Below are positions 30,280 through 41,018 of a DNA stretch of 64,000 bases, piece after piece. Under the pieces are notes generated by a model. The model made no database searches. It saw only the letters and a list, made by a program, of their open reading frames with translations, and was not told the origin of the DNA. A program made the translations under genes and the position numbers. Location of the stretch: positions 5,120,001-5,184,000 of the forward strand of contig CBDFJQ010000002.1 in the NCBI GenBank assembly GCA_965248575.1, written 5' to 3'. Every line of letters starts with the position of its first letter. Positions within the stretch are counted from its first letter, which is position 1. The DNA is from Planctomycetota bacterium. GTDB taxonomy: Bacteria > Planctomycetota > B15-G4.

Positions 30280-30473
30280 GGGCCTGGTTTCGCGGAGTTG
30301 GGCGCAGGGACGGTTTCGGAGACGGCGTAGAGTATGCATTCATGCATCTCGCCAGCTTCCTGGGCTAGGCATCGACATGGAGCCGACATGTCGGGATCCT
30401 GTCCGGAACGACGGCTCGGCAGCGCTCTGCCCGCTTGTCGGCCCACACGCTTCCTCCTGCTCCGGGTGTGTTC

Positions 30474-32096
30474 ATGCTCCGCGTCTTGCTGCTGACCAGT
30501 GCCCTGCTCTCCTGCGCTCCCCTCCTCGAGAACCAGCTAGACATGTCCACAGATGACGACGCCATTCCGAGTGCCCTCATGACCGTGGCGGAGAGCAGTG
30601 GGTACACGCGAACGGCGCGGCACGAGGAGGTGTTGGCGCAGCTGGACGCCCTCGCGGCCGCGTCCCCGCTCGTCCGACGCGGGCGGCTGGGGGTCACCTT
30701 CGAGGGGCGGGAGATCCCGTGGATCACCGTGGCGGACCCGCCCGTCGAGACAGCGCAGGAAGCGCTCGCCAGCGGCAAGCTGGTGGTCTTCGCATTCGCC
30801 AACATCCATGCGGGCGAGGTGTGTGGGAAGGAAGCGCTGGTGCGGCTGGCGCGAGAGATCGTGCTGGCGCCTGGGAGTCCGCAACACGCCGAGCTGCTGC
30901 GCCGGCTCGTGTTGGTCTTTGCACCCATCTACAACGGGGACGGCAACGAACGCTTCTCGACAACGAATCGACCCAACCAGGACGGCCCTGCCGAGGGCCA
31001 GGGGCAGCGGCCCAACGCCCAGGGTCTCGACCTCAATCGGGACAGCATGAAGCTGGAAAGCCCCGAGGCGCGGGCCATGGCTGCTTTCCTCACGGAGTGG
31101 AGCCCGCATCTGGTGTTCGATCTCCACACCACCAATGGCAGCTTGCACCGCTACCTCTTGACCTATGCGCCGCCGCTGAATCCGGAGGGCCATCCCGAGC
31201 CCATCGCCTTCGTGCGCGAACGCATGCTGCCCGAGGTCAGCCGCCGGCTGCTGGAGCGGACCGGCTACGACACCTTCTTCTACGGCAACTACACCGAGCT
31301 GGACGGGGATCCCCATGGCGCCTGGTCGACGTACAGCGCTCAGCCCCGCTTCGGCGCCCAGTACCACGGCCTGCGGGGGCACATGTCCATCCTCTCGGAA
31401 GCCTACAGCCACGCGCCCTACCGGGAGCGGGTTTTGGCCACGCTCGAGTTCATGCGCGAGTGCTTGGTGTTTGCCGCCGAGCATTCTGCGGACATGAAGA
31501 CCGTGGTGGAGCAGGCTTGGCAGGAGGTTGCACGGGGGCTGGATCTGGGTCGCGTGGGCTTCCGCCATCGCCTCGCGTCGTCTTCAGAGCCAGCGGTCAT
31601 CCGCGGTTGGGTTGAGTCCCGGGATGAGCAGGGCCGCTGGGTGCATACCGACGAGCCTCGGGACTACCACGTACGGCACGATGACCACTTCGAGGCGAGC
31701 GTCTGGGTCGAGCGCCCGGCTGGCTACTACATCCCGGCGAAGCTCACGGGCGTGTTGGATGTTCTGCGGGCGCACGGGGTTCGCATGGCGCACGTGGAGG
31801 GTGCGACCGAAGCGGGGATGGAGGTGGAAGTCTCGCGGGTGGATGCCGTGAACAGGGCCGAGACCCCCTTCGAAGGTCATCATCTGCTCAGCCTCGAAGT
31901 GACGACGCGCAGGGAGCAGAGACGCTTCGACAGCAGCTGGGTCCATGTGCCCGTCGACCAGCCCCTCGGCACCCTGGCGGTCTACTTGCTGGAGGCGCTG
32001 TCGGACGACGGCCTGGTCGCCTGGAACCTGCTCGACGAGCAGCTTGCCCCAGGTGAGGACTACCCGATCTTGCGCCTGCTGAGGACCGGACTGTGA
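30474..32096 (+). CDS. M14 zinc carboxypeptidase, probable lipoprotein
   Basis: NIHAGEVCG, NGDGNE, DLNRD, DLH; LLSC lipobox-like. Confidence 0.88.
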   Translation: MLRVLLLTSALLSCAPLLENQLDMSTDDDAIPSALMTVAESSGYTRTARHEEVLAQLDALAAASPLVRRGRLGVTFEGREIPWITVADPPVETAQEALASGKLVVFAFANIHAGEVCGKEALVRLAREIVLAPGSPQHAELLRRLVLVFAPIYNGDGNERFSTTNRPNQDGPAEGQGQRPNAQGLDLNRDSMKLESPEARAMAAFLTEWSPHLVFDLHTTNGSLHRYLLTYAPPLNPEGHPEPIAFVRERMLPEVSRRLLERTGYDTFFYGNYTELDGDPHGAWSTYSAQPRFGAQYHGLRGHMSILSEAYSHAPYRERVLATLEFMRECLVFAAEHSADMKTVVEQAWQEVARGLDLGRVGFRHRLASSSEPAVIRGWVESRDEQGRWVHTDEPRDYHVRHDDHFEASVWVERPAGYYIPAKLTGVLDVLRAHGVRMAHVEGATEAGMEVEVSRVDAVNRAETPFEGHHLLSLEVTTRREQRRFDSSWVHVPVDQPLGTLAVYLLEALSDDGLVAWNLLDEQLAPGEDYPILRLLRTGL

Positions 32097-32301
32097 GCTG
32101 GCCCAGGTTTGAAGGGGCTCTCTTGGAGAGCTGATGGGGGCCGACCTGGGCTCGGTGGAGGTTGGGTGGAACGGTCGGGCGGAAGGGCTGGCGCAAGGGG
32201 GGCGGATGGTAGGGTGTGCCGCGCACCGCGGGCCTTCCGCGTTGCCCCCTCCGGCCGATCAGTTTTCGGCATCACTTGTGAATCTTGAAGGAGTACCGGG
32301 C

Positions 32302-32787
32302 ATGAAGTCTCTGCGCATTGTTGGTTCTGCACTCGTCCTCAGCGCTCTCGCCTGCGGGGGCGACGCAACCACGGACTCCGGTTCGGACGCGGCAGCCGAC
32401 ACGGGTGCAGCGGGCGGCACGGACACCAGTCCTGCGACCAGCTCATCCACGACTCCTGACGAAGTGGTCCAGGAGCAGGTCGACGTCCTGAACGACATCG
32501 CCAAGCAGGTGGAATCCATCGACAGCAAGGACGACGTCGAGGCCGCCAAGCCGAAGCTGCGTGAGTTGGCCGACGATCTCAAGGCCGCCCGTGACCGTTG
32601 GGAAGGCCTGCTGGCAGACGGTGTGTCCCAGGAAGACTTGGACGCGGCTGTCGAGGACAGCAAGGCCCTCATGAAGGCTGGCACCCGTATCGAAGACGCG
32701 TTCAAGGAGCTGGCGACCAACCCGAGTCTGTTGACGAGCCTTCCGTCCCTGGTGAGCGAGTTCGGCGACATCTACAAGACGAAGTAG
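32302..32787 (+). CDS. Hypothetical helical lipoprotein
   Basis: GAAGGAG upstream; MKSLRIVGSALVLSALAC lipobox, Thr/Asp linker, amphipathic helices. Confidence 0.8.
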   Translation: MKSLRIVGSALVLSALACGGDATTDSGSDAAADTGAAGGTDTSPATSSSTTPDEVVQEQVDVLNDIAKQVESIDSKDDVEAAKPKLRELADDLKAARDRWEGLLADGVSQEDLDAAVEDSKALMKAGTRIEDAFKELATNPSLLTSLPSLVSEFGDIYKTK

Positions 32788-32838
32788 GGGTTTCGCCACT
32801 CACCGTCTTCAGGGTCCAATCCGCACTCGGAGCTCCTC

Positions 32839-34395
32839 GTGCAGCTCGGTTTCGTCCTCGATATGACCCGGTGCATTGGCTGCCATGCCTGCACCGTCGC
32901 CTGCAAGTCAGAGAACGCCGTCCCCGTCGGGGACTTTCGGACCTGGGTGAAGTACACGGAGGAGGGGAGCTTTCCCGAGGTGGATCGCTCCTTCACGGTG
33001 TTGCGCTGCAATCAGTGCAGCGATGCACCTTGCGTGACCATCTGCCCTGTCACGGCGCTCGACAAGCGGCCGGACGGGATCGTGGACATCGATCACGACG
33101 TTTGCATCGGCTGCAAGGCTTGCATGCAGGCTTGCCCCTACGACGCCATCTATCTCAACGAAGGCACCGGCACCGCCGAGAAATGCCACTTCTGTGCGCA
33201 CCGTGTCGAGAACGGCCTGGCTCCGGCTTGCGCCGTGGTCTGCCCGACCGAGGCCATCATTCCGGGTGACTTCGACGATGCGAACAGCCGGGTGTCAGTC
33301 ATGGAGCACGACTTCGACCTGACGGTGCGCAAGCCGGAGGCGGGGACGAACCCGAATGTGAAGTACCGGGACGCGGCCCAGGCAGGCATCGACCCCTCGT
33401 TGACGAATGCGTCGGGGGGCTTCCTCTGGTCACAGCAGCAGAGTGGCCCACAGATGGACGCCGAGCTGTTCAATGCCCTGGAAGACCATGCCAAGGGTGG
33501 CGAGACGGCGCGCACGACCTATGACGTGAACCGCCAGCCGCTCTGGGGGGGCGCCATCACGGGCTACCTGTTCTTCAAGTCCTTGGCGGCTGGTGTGTTC
33601 TTGGCGGGCACGGCGCTGCTGGAGCCCTTGGGGGTCAGCGGCGCTGCTTCTGGTTGGTTCAGGCCTGCCATGGCCGTGCCCCTGCTCTCGTTGGTGTTCC
33701 TGGGGCTGACCATGGTCCTGCTCGTCGCGGACCTCAAGCGACCCGAACGCTTCCTGAAGATCATGCTGCGTCCCAACTGGAACTCCTGGTTGGCCAAGGG
33801 CAGTTACATCTTGATGTTCTACGGCATGGCCCTCACGGCGTGGCTGCTGATCGGTTTCGTGGAGCACACGCCCTCGGGTGTCCTGGGGTGGAATCTCGCG
33901 ATCCTGACCATGCTGTTGGGGGCGGCCAGCGCCGCCTACACGGCCTTCCTGTTCGGCCAGGCCAAGGGGCGCGTGCTCTGGATGAAGCGCGGCTATGCCC
34001 TGCACCTGGTGGCGCAAGCCGTGGTGGCTGGGAGCGCATTCCTGTTGGCCATCTCCAGCTTGCTGGGGGTGGGCGAAGCGTCCAGCCAGGTGCTCGGGGA
34101 CATGTTGCTCGTGTCCTTGCTCCTGCACGCGGGGCTCACTCTGGGCGAGGGCAAGCTGGCACCGGTTGGCCGAGAGAAGGAATTCGCACGGGCGGTGCGC
34201 TTGCTGAAGCACGGACCCTATGCCCGCAAGCATTGGTTGCTGGGCCTCGGCCTCGGCGTGCTGTTGCCCATGGGCTTGTTGTTTGCCGCCTCGAGTGGGC
34301 CGGTCGCCGTGGTTGCGGGCGTGCTGGCGCTCGCAGGCTTGTATGTCGAGAAGGACTGCTTCGTCCGCGCAGGGCAGGCATTGAAGATTAGTTGA
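32839..34395 (+). CDS. 4Fe-4S dicluster subunit fused to NrfD/PsrC-family membrane anchor
   Basis: CIGCHACTVAC, CNQCSDAPCVTICP, CIGCKACMQACP, CHFC..PAC..CP; then YLFFKSLAAG, DLKRPERF, SWLAKGS and about 8 TM helices. Confidence 0.92.
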   Translation: MQLGFVLDMTRCIGCHACTVACKSENAVPVGDFRTWVKYTEEGSFPEVDRSFTVLRCNQCSDAPCVTICPVTALDKRPDGIVDIDHDVCIGCKACMQACPYDAIYLNEGTGTAEKCHFCAHRVENGLAPACAVVCPTEAIIPGDFDDANSRVSVMEHDFDLTVRKPEAGTNPNVKYRDAAQAGIDPSLTNASGGFLWSQQQSGPQMDAELFNALEDHAKGGETARTTYDVNRQPLWGGAITGYLFFKSLAAGVFLAGTALLEPLGVSGAASGWFRPAMAVPLLSLVFLGLTMVLLVADLKRPERFLKIMLRPNWNSWLAKGSYILMFYGMALTAWLLIGFVEHTPSGVLGWNLAILTMLLGAASAAYTAFLFGQAKGRVLWMKRGYALHLVAQAVVAGSAFLLAISSLLGVGEASSQVLGDMLLVSLLLHAGLTLGEGKLAPVGREKEFARAVRLLKHGPYARKHWLLGLGLGVLLPMGLLFAASSGPVAVVAGVLALAGLYVEKDCFVRAGQALKIS

Positions 34396-34447
34396 TGGCG
34401 TGCTGTCTCGCGGCGTCTGACAGTCGCGCATTCAAGGGCCTCGAACC

Positions 34448-37252
34448 ATGACCGACGACTCCTCACGCTCCGCCGATTTGCCCGAGGGGTCAGGCGTCTC
34501 CCCGGACGCGTCTCTTGCTCCGGCCACTCCTCCGTGCGTGCCGCCTGGTGGGCGCCCGTCTCCTTGGGAGCTGGCTGTGGGGCCGGCGCCGGAGCACTGG
34601 GATGACTGGATGGAGCTGGACGCCGAGGCCTGGCCACGGCGCAAGGAGCGCCACTACCGCTGCGTGCCCACCATCTGCTTCAACTGCGAGTCGGGCTGTG
34701 GGCTGCTTGCCTTCGTGGACAAGAGCACCGGCGAGGTCGCCAAGTTCGAAGGCAACCCCGTGCACCCCGGGAGCCGGGGCCGCACCTGCGCCAAGGGGCC
34801 GGCGACCATCAACCAGGTGCAGGACACCGAGCGGATCCTGACGCCCCTGAAGCGCGACGGGCCCCGGGGCTCGGGCAAGTTTCGCGAGGCGACCTGGGAA
34901 GAGGCCCTGTCGGACATCGGCGGACGCATCCGCAAGGCGTTCCAGGAGGAGCGTCAGGACGAGGTCGTCTATCACGTGGGGCGGCCTGGGGAAGACAACT
35001 TCGTCTTGCGCATGTTGCAGGCCTGGGGTATCGACGGCCACAACAGCCACACCAACGTCTGCAGTGCGGGCGCCCGCTTCGGCTATTCGCTGTGGTTCGG
35101 TGCCGACCGCCCTTCGCCTGATTTCGCGGGCACGAAGTTCATGCTCTTGCTGTCGGCGCACCTGGAAACGGGGCACTACTTCAACCCTCACGCCCAGCGC
35201 ATCATCGGGGCCAAGGAGGCCGGCGCACGCATCGCCGTGGTGGACGTGCGTCTCTCCAACACGGCGAGCCATGCGGACCACTGGATCTCTCCCTGGCCCG
35301 GCACCGAGGCCGCCATGCTGTTGGGCGTCGCGCGGGAGTTGTTGCTGAGTGGGCGCTACGACGAGGCCTTCCTCAAGCGGTGGGTGAACTGGGAGGCGTA
35401 CCTCACAGCGCACGATTCCGACGGCCCCGGGACCTTCGACCACTTTGTCGAGCTGCTCAAGAAGCTCTATGTGGACTACACCCCGGAGTTCGTGGCCCAG
35501 GAATGCCATGTGCCAGCAGACACGGTGCAGACCCTGGCCGACGAGATCGCAGCGGCGGGAAGCCGCTTCAGCAGCCACCTGTGGCGCAATACGGCTGCCG
35601 GACACCTGGGTGGTTGGCAGGTGGCGCGTGCGCTCCTGTTCCTGCACGTGCTCTCGGGAAGCGTGGGAACGGAGGGCGGCCTGAACCCCAACAGCTGGGA
35701 TAAGTTCGTTCCCAAGCCCAGCGAGAACCCGCCGCCCATCAAGCGCTGGAATGAACGCCACTGGCCGCGGGAGTATCCGCTGGCCCACTACGAGATGAGC
35801 TTCCTGCTGCCGCACCTTCTGCGGGACCAGGGCAATCGCATCGACACCTACTTCACGCGGGTCTACAACCCCGTCTGGACGAACCCGGATGGTTGCTCCT
35901 GGATCGAGATGCTCGAGGACGAGGAGCGCATCGGGTGCCATGTGGCTCTGACGCCGATCTGGTCTGAGAGCGCGCAGTGGGCGGACTGGGTGTTGCCCAT
36001 GGGCCTCGGCCCCGAGCGACACGACATCATGAGCCAGGAAACCCATGCGGGAACCTGGATCGGCTTTCGCCAACCGGTGGGGCGGGAGTACCTGCGCCAG
36101 GAGGGGGAACCCCAGGACAGCACCCTGGGAACCAACCCCGGGCAGGTCTGGGAAGAAGTGGAGTTCTGGATCGCGCTGACCTGGCGCATCGACCCCGATG
36201 GCGAGATGGGGATCCGCAAGTACTTCGAGAGCACGGCGACGCCGGGCACACCGGTGTCGGTGGACGAGTACTTCGGCGACATCTTCGACAACAGCGTGCC
36301 GGGCCTGAAGCAGACGGCCAGCGAGGCGGGTTGCACACCCCTGGAGTACATGCGCCGCTTCGGTGCCTTCGATGTGCCCTACAGCGGGCAACGTCGCTAC
36401 GAGGCGGACGCCGCCGAAGGGGAGGGCGTGTCTCTTGCGAGCGGGGAGCAGAAGGCGGGCTTCAAGACCCCCAGCGGCAAGCTGGAGTTCTTCTCGCCGA
36501 CCCTGGAGGAATGGGGCTTCGGTGATTCGTCCATCCCCGGCTATGTGCACAGTCAGGTGCACATCGAGAATCTGGACCTGGACGCCGGAGAACGGGTGCT
36601 CTTGCCGACCTTCCGCCTGCCGACCCTGATCCACACACGATCGGGCAACGCCAAGTGGTTGCAGGAGATCAGCCACACCAACCCGCTTTGGATCCACCCG
36701 GACGACGCGCTCAAGCTGGGAGTCGCCAACGGAGGCCTGGCGCGTGTCGCTACGCGCATCGGATACTTCGTGATCCGGGCCTGGGTGACGGAGGGCATCC
36801 ACCCAGGCATCGTCGGTGCCAGCCACCACGTGGGGCGCTGGCGCATGCACCGTGAGGTGGGCGGGCAGAAGCGCGCAAGTGCGCTCGTGGACATCGAACG
36901 CAAAGGCTCGACCTTCCTCTTCCGCAACAAGGAACAGGTCAAGCCGTACGCCAGCGGGGACCCGGACAGCGAAAAGGTCTGGTGGAACGAGACCGGCGTC
37001 AACCAGAACATGACCTTCCCGGTGCAGCCGGACCCCATGTCGGGGATGCATTGCTGGCACCAGAAGGTGACAATCGGGCCCGCACACGAGGGCGATCGCT
37101 ACGGCGACATCTTCGTGGACACCGCCAAGTCCCGTGAGGTCTGGCAGGAATGGAAGGCCTTGACGAAGCCGGCCCCAGGACCCGGTGGCCTGCGAAGGCC
37201 GTTGTGGATGAACCGCCCGCTTCGGCCGGTGGACGAGGCTTACAAGCTCTAA
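34448..37252 (+). CDS. Molybdopterin oxidoreductase catalytic subunit (DMSO reductase superfamily)
   Basis: CFNCESGC..CAKG Fe-S motif, PLKRDGPRGSGKF, TPSGKLEF, HTRSGNAKWL, LWIHPDDA. Confidence 0.93.
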   Translation: MTDDSSRSADLPEGSGVSPDASLAPATPPCVPPGGRPSPWELAVGPAPEHWDDWMELDAEAWPRRKERHYRCVPTICFNCESGCGLLAFVDKSTGEVAKFEGNPVHPGSRGRTCAKGPATINQVQDTERILTPLKRDGPRGSGKFREATWEEALSDIGGRIRKAFQEERQDEVVYHVGRPGEDNFVLRMLQAWGIDGHNSHTNVCSAGARFGYSLWFGADRPSPDFAGTKFMLLLSAHLETGHYFNPHAQRIIGAKEAGARIAVVDVRLSNTASHADHWISPWPGTEAAMLLGVARELLLSGRYDEAFLKRWVNWEAYLTAHDSDGPGTFDHFVELLKKLYVDYTPEFVAQECHVPADTVQTLADEIAAAGSRFSSHLWRNTAAGHLGGWQVARALLFLHVLSGSVGTEGGLNPNSWDKFVPKPSENPPPIKRWNERHWPREYPLAHYEMSFLLPHLLRDQGNRIDTYFTRVYNPVWTNPDGCSWIEMLEDEERIGCHVALTPIWSESAQWADWVLPMGLGPERHDIMSQETHAGTWIGFRQPVGREYLRQEGEPQDSTLGTNPGQVWEEVEFWIALTWRIDPDGEMGIRKYFESTATPGTPVSVDEYFGDIFDNSVPGLKQTASEAGCTPLEYMRRFGAFDVPYSGQRRYEADAAEGEGVSLASGEQKAGFKTPSGKLEFFSPTLEEWGFGDSSIPGYVHSQVHIENLDLDAGERVLLPTFRLPTLIHTRSGNAKWLQEISHTNPLWIHPDDALKLGVANGGLARVATRIGYFVIRAWVTEGIHPGIVGASHHVGRWRMHREVGGQKRASALVDIERKGSTFLFRNKEQVKPYASGDPDSEKVWWNETGVNQNMTFPVQPDPMSGMHCWHQKVTIGPAHEGDRYGDIFVDTAKSREVWQEWKALTKPAPGPGGLRRPLWMNRPLRPVDEAYKL

Positions 37253-37267
37253 GCGGAACTGCCAGGC

Positions 37268-38254
37268 ATGGGCATGGACCTTCTACGATTCGTGGGTGGC
37301 TTGGTCCTCCTGCTCGGTGGCGGCGAGGCCCTCGTGCGGGGTGCTGCGGGCCTGGCTCGCCGTCTTGGAATCTCGCCAGCCATCGTCGGTTTGACGGTGG
37401 TGGCTTTCGGGACGAGCGCCCCCGAGCTGGTGGTCTGCCTCTTCGCGGCGAGGGATGGCACCCCGGGAATCGCCTTCGGAAACATCGTGGGCTCCAACAT
37501 CGCCAATGTCGGATTGCTGTTGGGCCTGACGGCCATGTTCCGGCCGTTCATCGTCCACAGCAACTTGGTGATGCGCGAGCTGCCCATGATGTTGTTGGCA
37601 AGCGTCGCCGCGGCGGCCTTGTTCCTGGACGGTGCCCTGCATGGCGGCGAGGCCGACGGCCTGCATGCGGGAGATGGGCTGATGCTCGCGCTCTTCTTCA
37701 GCGTGTTCATCTACTACACCGCTTCGGACGTCCTGCGCTCCCGCAACACGGACACGCTGCTCAAGGAGACTGGGGATGTGCCCGGCGCCGATTCCAAATC
37801 CAGCGTCGGTACCCTGCTGTTGTTCGTGATCGTGGGCGCCGTGGGCCTCGCGTGGGGCGGCAATCTGATGGTGGCGGCAGCGACCTCGGTGGCGCGATCG
37901 CTCGGTGTCGCGGACGTCGTCATCGCCGCCACGGTGGTTGCCGTGGGCACGAGCCTGCCTGAGTTGGCGACATCGATCCTCGCTGCCAAGCGCGGCGAGG
38001 GGGAGCTGGCCGTGGGCAACCTCGTGGGCTCGAACATCTTCAACCTGCTGCTGGTCCTGGGCACGACGGCACTTGTCGCCCCCATCCCGCTGCCCAGTGG
38101 TGGCGGCGTCGACCTGGCCATCATGGTGGGGCTGGCCATCATCCTGCTACCGCTGTGTCTGGCCAACGGGCGCCGCGTGACCCGTCGGGAAGGAGTGCTA
38201 CTCGTAGCGATCTACGGGGGGTTCATGGCCTGGCAGATCATGCGGCCGACCTGA
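37268..38254 (+). CDS. Ca2+/Na+ antiporter (YrbG/CaCA family)
   Basis: Two alpha repeats: GTSAPE..GNIVGSNIAN and GTSLPE..GNLVGSNIFN. Confidence 0.93.
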   Translation: MGMDLLRFVGGLVLLLGGGEALVRGAAGLARRLGISPAIVGLTVVAFGTSAPELVVCLFAARDGTPGIAFGNIVGSNIANVGLLLGLTAMFRPFIVHSNLVMRELPMMLLASVAAAALFLDGALHGGEADGLHAGDGLMLALFFSVFIYYTASDVLRSRNTDTLLKETGDVPGADSKSSVGTLLLFVIVGAVGLAWGGNLMVAAATSVARSLGVADVVIAATVVAVGTSLPELATSILAAKRGEGELAVGNLVGSNIFNLLLVLGTTALVAPIPLPSGGGVDLAIMVGLAIILLPLCLANGRRVTRREGVLLVAIYGGFMAWQIMRPT

Positions 38255-38288
38255 CGCGACCTAGCTGACGTGCTGGGAAGCCGGCTCG

Positions 38289-39653
38289 TCAGAGCACGCC
38301 GTAGGCCAGCATGGCGTCAGCGACCTTCCGAAAGCCTGCGATGTTGGCACCGGCGACGTAGTTGACGAACTGACCTTCCCGGGAGCCGTAAGACACGCAC
38401 TGGGCGTGGATGTCGGCCATGATCTTCTGCAGGCGCTGGTCCACTTCCTCCCGGGACCATGAGAGGCGTTGGGCATTCTGGCTTTGCTCGAGGCCTGAGA
38501 CCGCCACGCCACCTGCGTTGGCTGCCTTGCCGGGGGCAAACAGGATGGACGCCTCACGGAAGAGGTGCGCGCCCTCGAGGGTCGTGGGCATGTTCGCCCC
38601 TTCCGCCACGGCCTCGACGCCGTTGCTGACGAGAGTCCGTGCGTCCTTGGCGTCGAGTTCGTTCTGGGTCGCGCAAGGCACCGCCAACTGGCCGGGGATG
38701 GCCCAGGGCCGCTGGCCCGCCAGGAAGTCGCAGCCGAACGTCTTCGCGTACTCTTCCAGGCTGCCCCGGCGGACTTCCTTCAGGTCTTTCAGGAAGGCCA
38801 GCTTCTCGGCATCGATGCCGGCAGGATCGTGGATGAAGCCATTGCGGTCTGAGGCCGTGACACACAAGGCGCCGAGCTCGTTCAGCTTTTCGATGGCGTA
38901 GAGCGCCACGTTGCCGGAGCCGGAGACCAAAGCCGTCTTGCCTGCGACGCTCTGACCCTGGTGCGCCAACATGTTCTGCAGGAAGTACGCGCAGCCGTAG
39001 CCCGTCGCCTCCGTGCGCATGAGGCTTCCACCATAGGAGAGGCCCTTGCCGGTGATGGTGCTGTGGAAGCGGTTCATGAGCCGCTTGTACTGCCCGTACA
39101 GGTAGCTGATCTCGCGCGAGCCCACGCCGATGTCGCCGGCCGGCACGTCCGTCTCCGGGCCGATGTGGCGATGCATCTCGGTCATGAGGGATTGGCAAAA
39201 GCGCATCACCTCACGGTTCGACTTGCCCTTCGGGTTGAAGTTGGAGCCACCCTTCGCGCCGCCCATGGGGAGCGTGGTCAGGCTGTTCTTGAACACCTGC
39301 TCGAAGCCCAGGAACTTCAACACGCTCAACGTGAGGGTCTTGTCGAAGCGCAGGCCGCCCTTGTACGGGCCGATGCTGTTGTTGAACTGCACGCGCCACG
39401 CACGGTTCACCCGGACGTTTCCCGCATCGTCCTCCCAGGTCACGCGGAAGATGATGATCCGGTCCGGCTCGGTCATGCGTTCGAGGATCTGTGCCTCCCG
39501 GTACTCCGGGTGCTCAAGCGTGAAGGGGATGACGGATTGTGCGACTTCCTGCACGGCCTGATGAAACTCGGGTTCGTGAGGGTTGCGCTCGATGAGGCCG
39601 GCCATGAATCGTTCGAGTTCTGCGGCGGCTGTCGGGTTGCTGGTGCTGGACAT
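38289..39653 (-). CDS. gdhA: NADP-specific glutamate dehydrogenase
   Basis: GPYKGGLRF, FKNSLTTLPMGGAKGG, DVPAGDIGVG, RTEATGYG, GSGNVA, KAANAGGV. Confidence 0.97.
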   Translation of the reverse strand: MSSTSNPTAAAELERFMAGLIERNPHEPEFHQAVQEVAQSVIPFTLEHPEYREAQILERMTEPDRIIIFRVTWEDDAGNVRVNRAWRVQFNNSIGPYKGGLRFDKTLTLSVLKFLGFEQVFKNSLTTLPMGGAKGGSNFNPKGKSNREVMRFCQSLMTEMHRHIGPETDVPAGDIGVGSREISYLYGQYKRLMNRFHSTITGKGLSYGGSLMRTEATGYGCAYFLQNMLAHQGQSVAGKTALVSGSGNVALYAIEKLNELGALCVTASDRNGFIHDPAGIDAEKLAFLKDLKEVRRGSLEEYAKTFGCDFLAGQRPWAIPGQLAVPCATQNELDAKDARTLVSNGVEAVAEGANMPTTLEGAHLFREASILFAPGKAANAGGVAVSGLEQSQNAQRLSWSREEVDQRLQKIMADIHAQCVSYGSREGQFVNYVAGANIAGFRKVADAMLAYGVL

Positions 39654-39750
39654 CGAGGGGCTCGTGAAGGAAGGGAAAAGCTGAAGAGGACGTCAGTTCG
39701 GAGGGGAGCGTCGAGCTCATGTGCAGCTCAGGCGCGGTTGGTTGCCCGGG

Positions 39751-40869
39751 TCATTCGCCTCGAGAAATGCCGCACTGACCACAGAAGCGTGCGTCTGCGC
39801 TGAGCGGGCTTCCGCACCCGGTGCAGAAGCTGGCCGAGGGAGCCGCGGTCTTCTTCGCCAGCAGCTCTTCGCCGCAGGCATTGCAGAACCGCCCCGGTGC
39901 GACGCTCTTCTGGCAGGCACCACAGACGACGCCCGCAGCTGCCGGCGCCAGCATCTGCCCGCCGCGGTGGTCGGCGACGAGCATCTGCGCCAGCCCCATG
40001 CCGACACCCAGGCCGGCTCCGCCCATCAGGCCAGCGCCCGCACTGCCATCACCGCCACCGCCGCCGAGGGCCATGCCCTCACCTGCGCCCATGAGGGCCT
40101 TGCCGGCCGCGAAGGACTTGTAGCCCTCCACACCTCCGACGGTGCGCAGGTAGGCCGCGTCGGTGTAGAGCTTCTTGAGGGTGGTGGCGTCGTCCTCGTC
40201 GATGGCGATCACGAAGTTCCCGAGGCGCGGGATGCGCACGCCGTAGCTCTGGACGTGTTTGGTCATGCCCTGCAACACGTCGGTTTCGATCTCCTCGGTG
40301 TAGGCACCCGAGGTGACGTCCAGCAGGGGCCAGTCCTTCTTGACGAGCAGCTCGGCGATGTGATCGCGGATGACTTTCAGCACCTGCTCCTTCATCCAGG
40401 AGCGCACCATGTAGGACTCGGCACGGCCCATGCCCACGAGGCCGGTGATGAGTCGTTCTGGGTCATTGACCTGGAAGGAGAACTCGCCGTGCACCATGCA
40501 TTCCACGGGCACACCGCTCTTGGGGTCTTCCACATGGCCGATGCGACCACCGAACTTGATGCCGACATGTTCGCGCACGCTGACAAAGAAGACTTCGGCG
40601 ATGAAGACGTTGCCGCCCGTGACGCTGTCCACCAGCTCAGACAGGAAGGGCAGGTTGCTGGAGTCCAGGGTGTGTCGACCCGGGCCCAAGGTGCTGACGA
40701 CCTTGCCGTCGCGGAAGAAGACAGCCAGCTCGTCGGCTTCCACCGTGAGTTGGGACTTCATTGGGATCGTCGAGTCAGGATGCTTCCAGACCACGTGCGC
40801 CTTGGCGTCGTCCGGGCGCGCGACCATCATTTCGCCGACGCCGCGCTTGAACCAGTCGATCAAACCCAT
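39751..40869 (-). CDS. SPFH-domain protein with C-terminal zinc ribbons (YdjI-like)
   Basis: SQLTVEADELAVFFRDGK..LGPGRHTL, Gly-rich GAGLGVGMG, four CxxC pairs. Start at ATG 40869 after GGAGG. Confidence 0.88.
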   Translation of the reverse strand: MGLIDWFKRGVGEMMVARPDDAKAHVVWKHPDSTIPMKSQLTVEADELAVFFRDGKVVSTLGPGRHTLDSSNLPFLSELVDSVTGGNVFIAEVFFVSVREHVGIKFGGRIGHVEDPKSGVPVECMVHGEFSFQVNDPERLITGLVGMGRAESYMVRSWMKEQVLKVIRDHIAELLVKKDWPLLDVTSGAYTEEIETDVLQGMTKHVQSYGVRIPRLGNFVIAIDEDDATTLKKLYTDAAYLRTVGGVEGYKSFAAGKALMGAGEGMALGGGGGDGSAGAGLMGGAGLGVGMGLAQMLVADHRGGQMLAPAAAGVVCGACQKSVAPGRFCNACGEELLAKKTAAPSASFCTGCGSPLSADARFCGQCGISRGE

Positions 40870-41018
40870 CGAAGCTACCTCCAGTGAGCAGGGAAGGGCG
40901 CGATGATCCGCGCGGACACGGGCCATGTCCAGCAGGCCTTGCTCGTCAGGCCCTGACTCTCCGGCCCCGGCGGGTGGTAGGCTGCCGCGCGTGCATTCCG
41001 TTGGAGAGCTGAGCCGCC

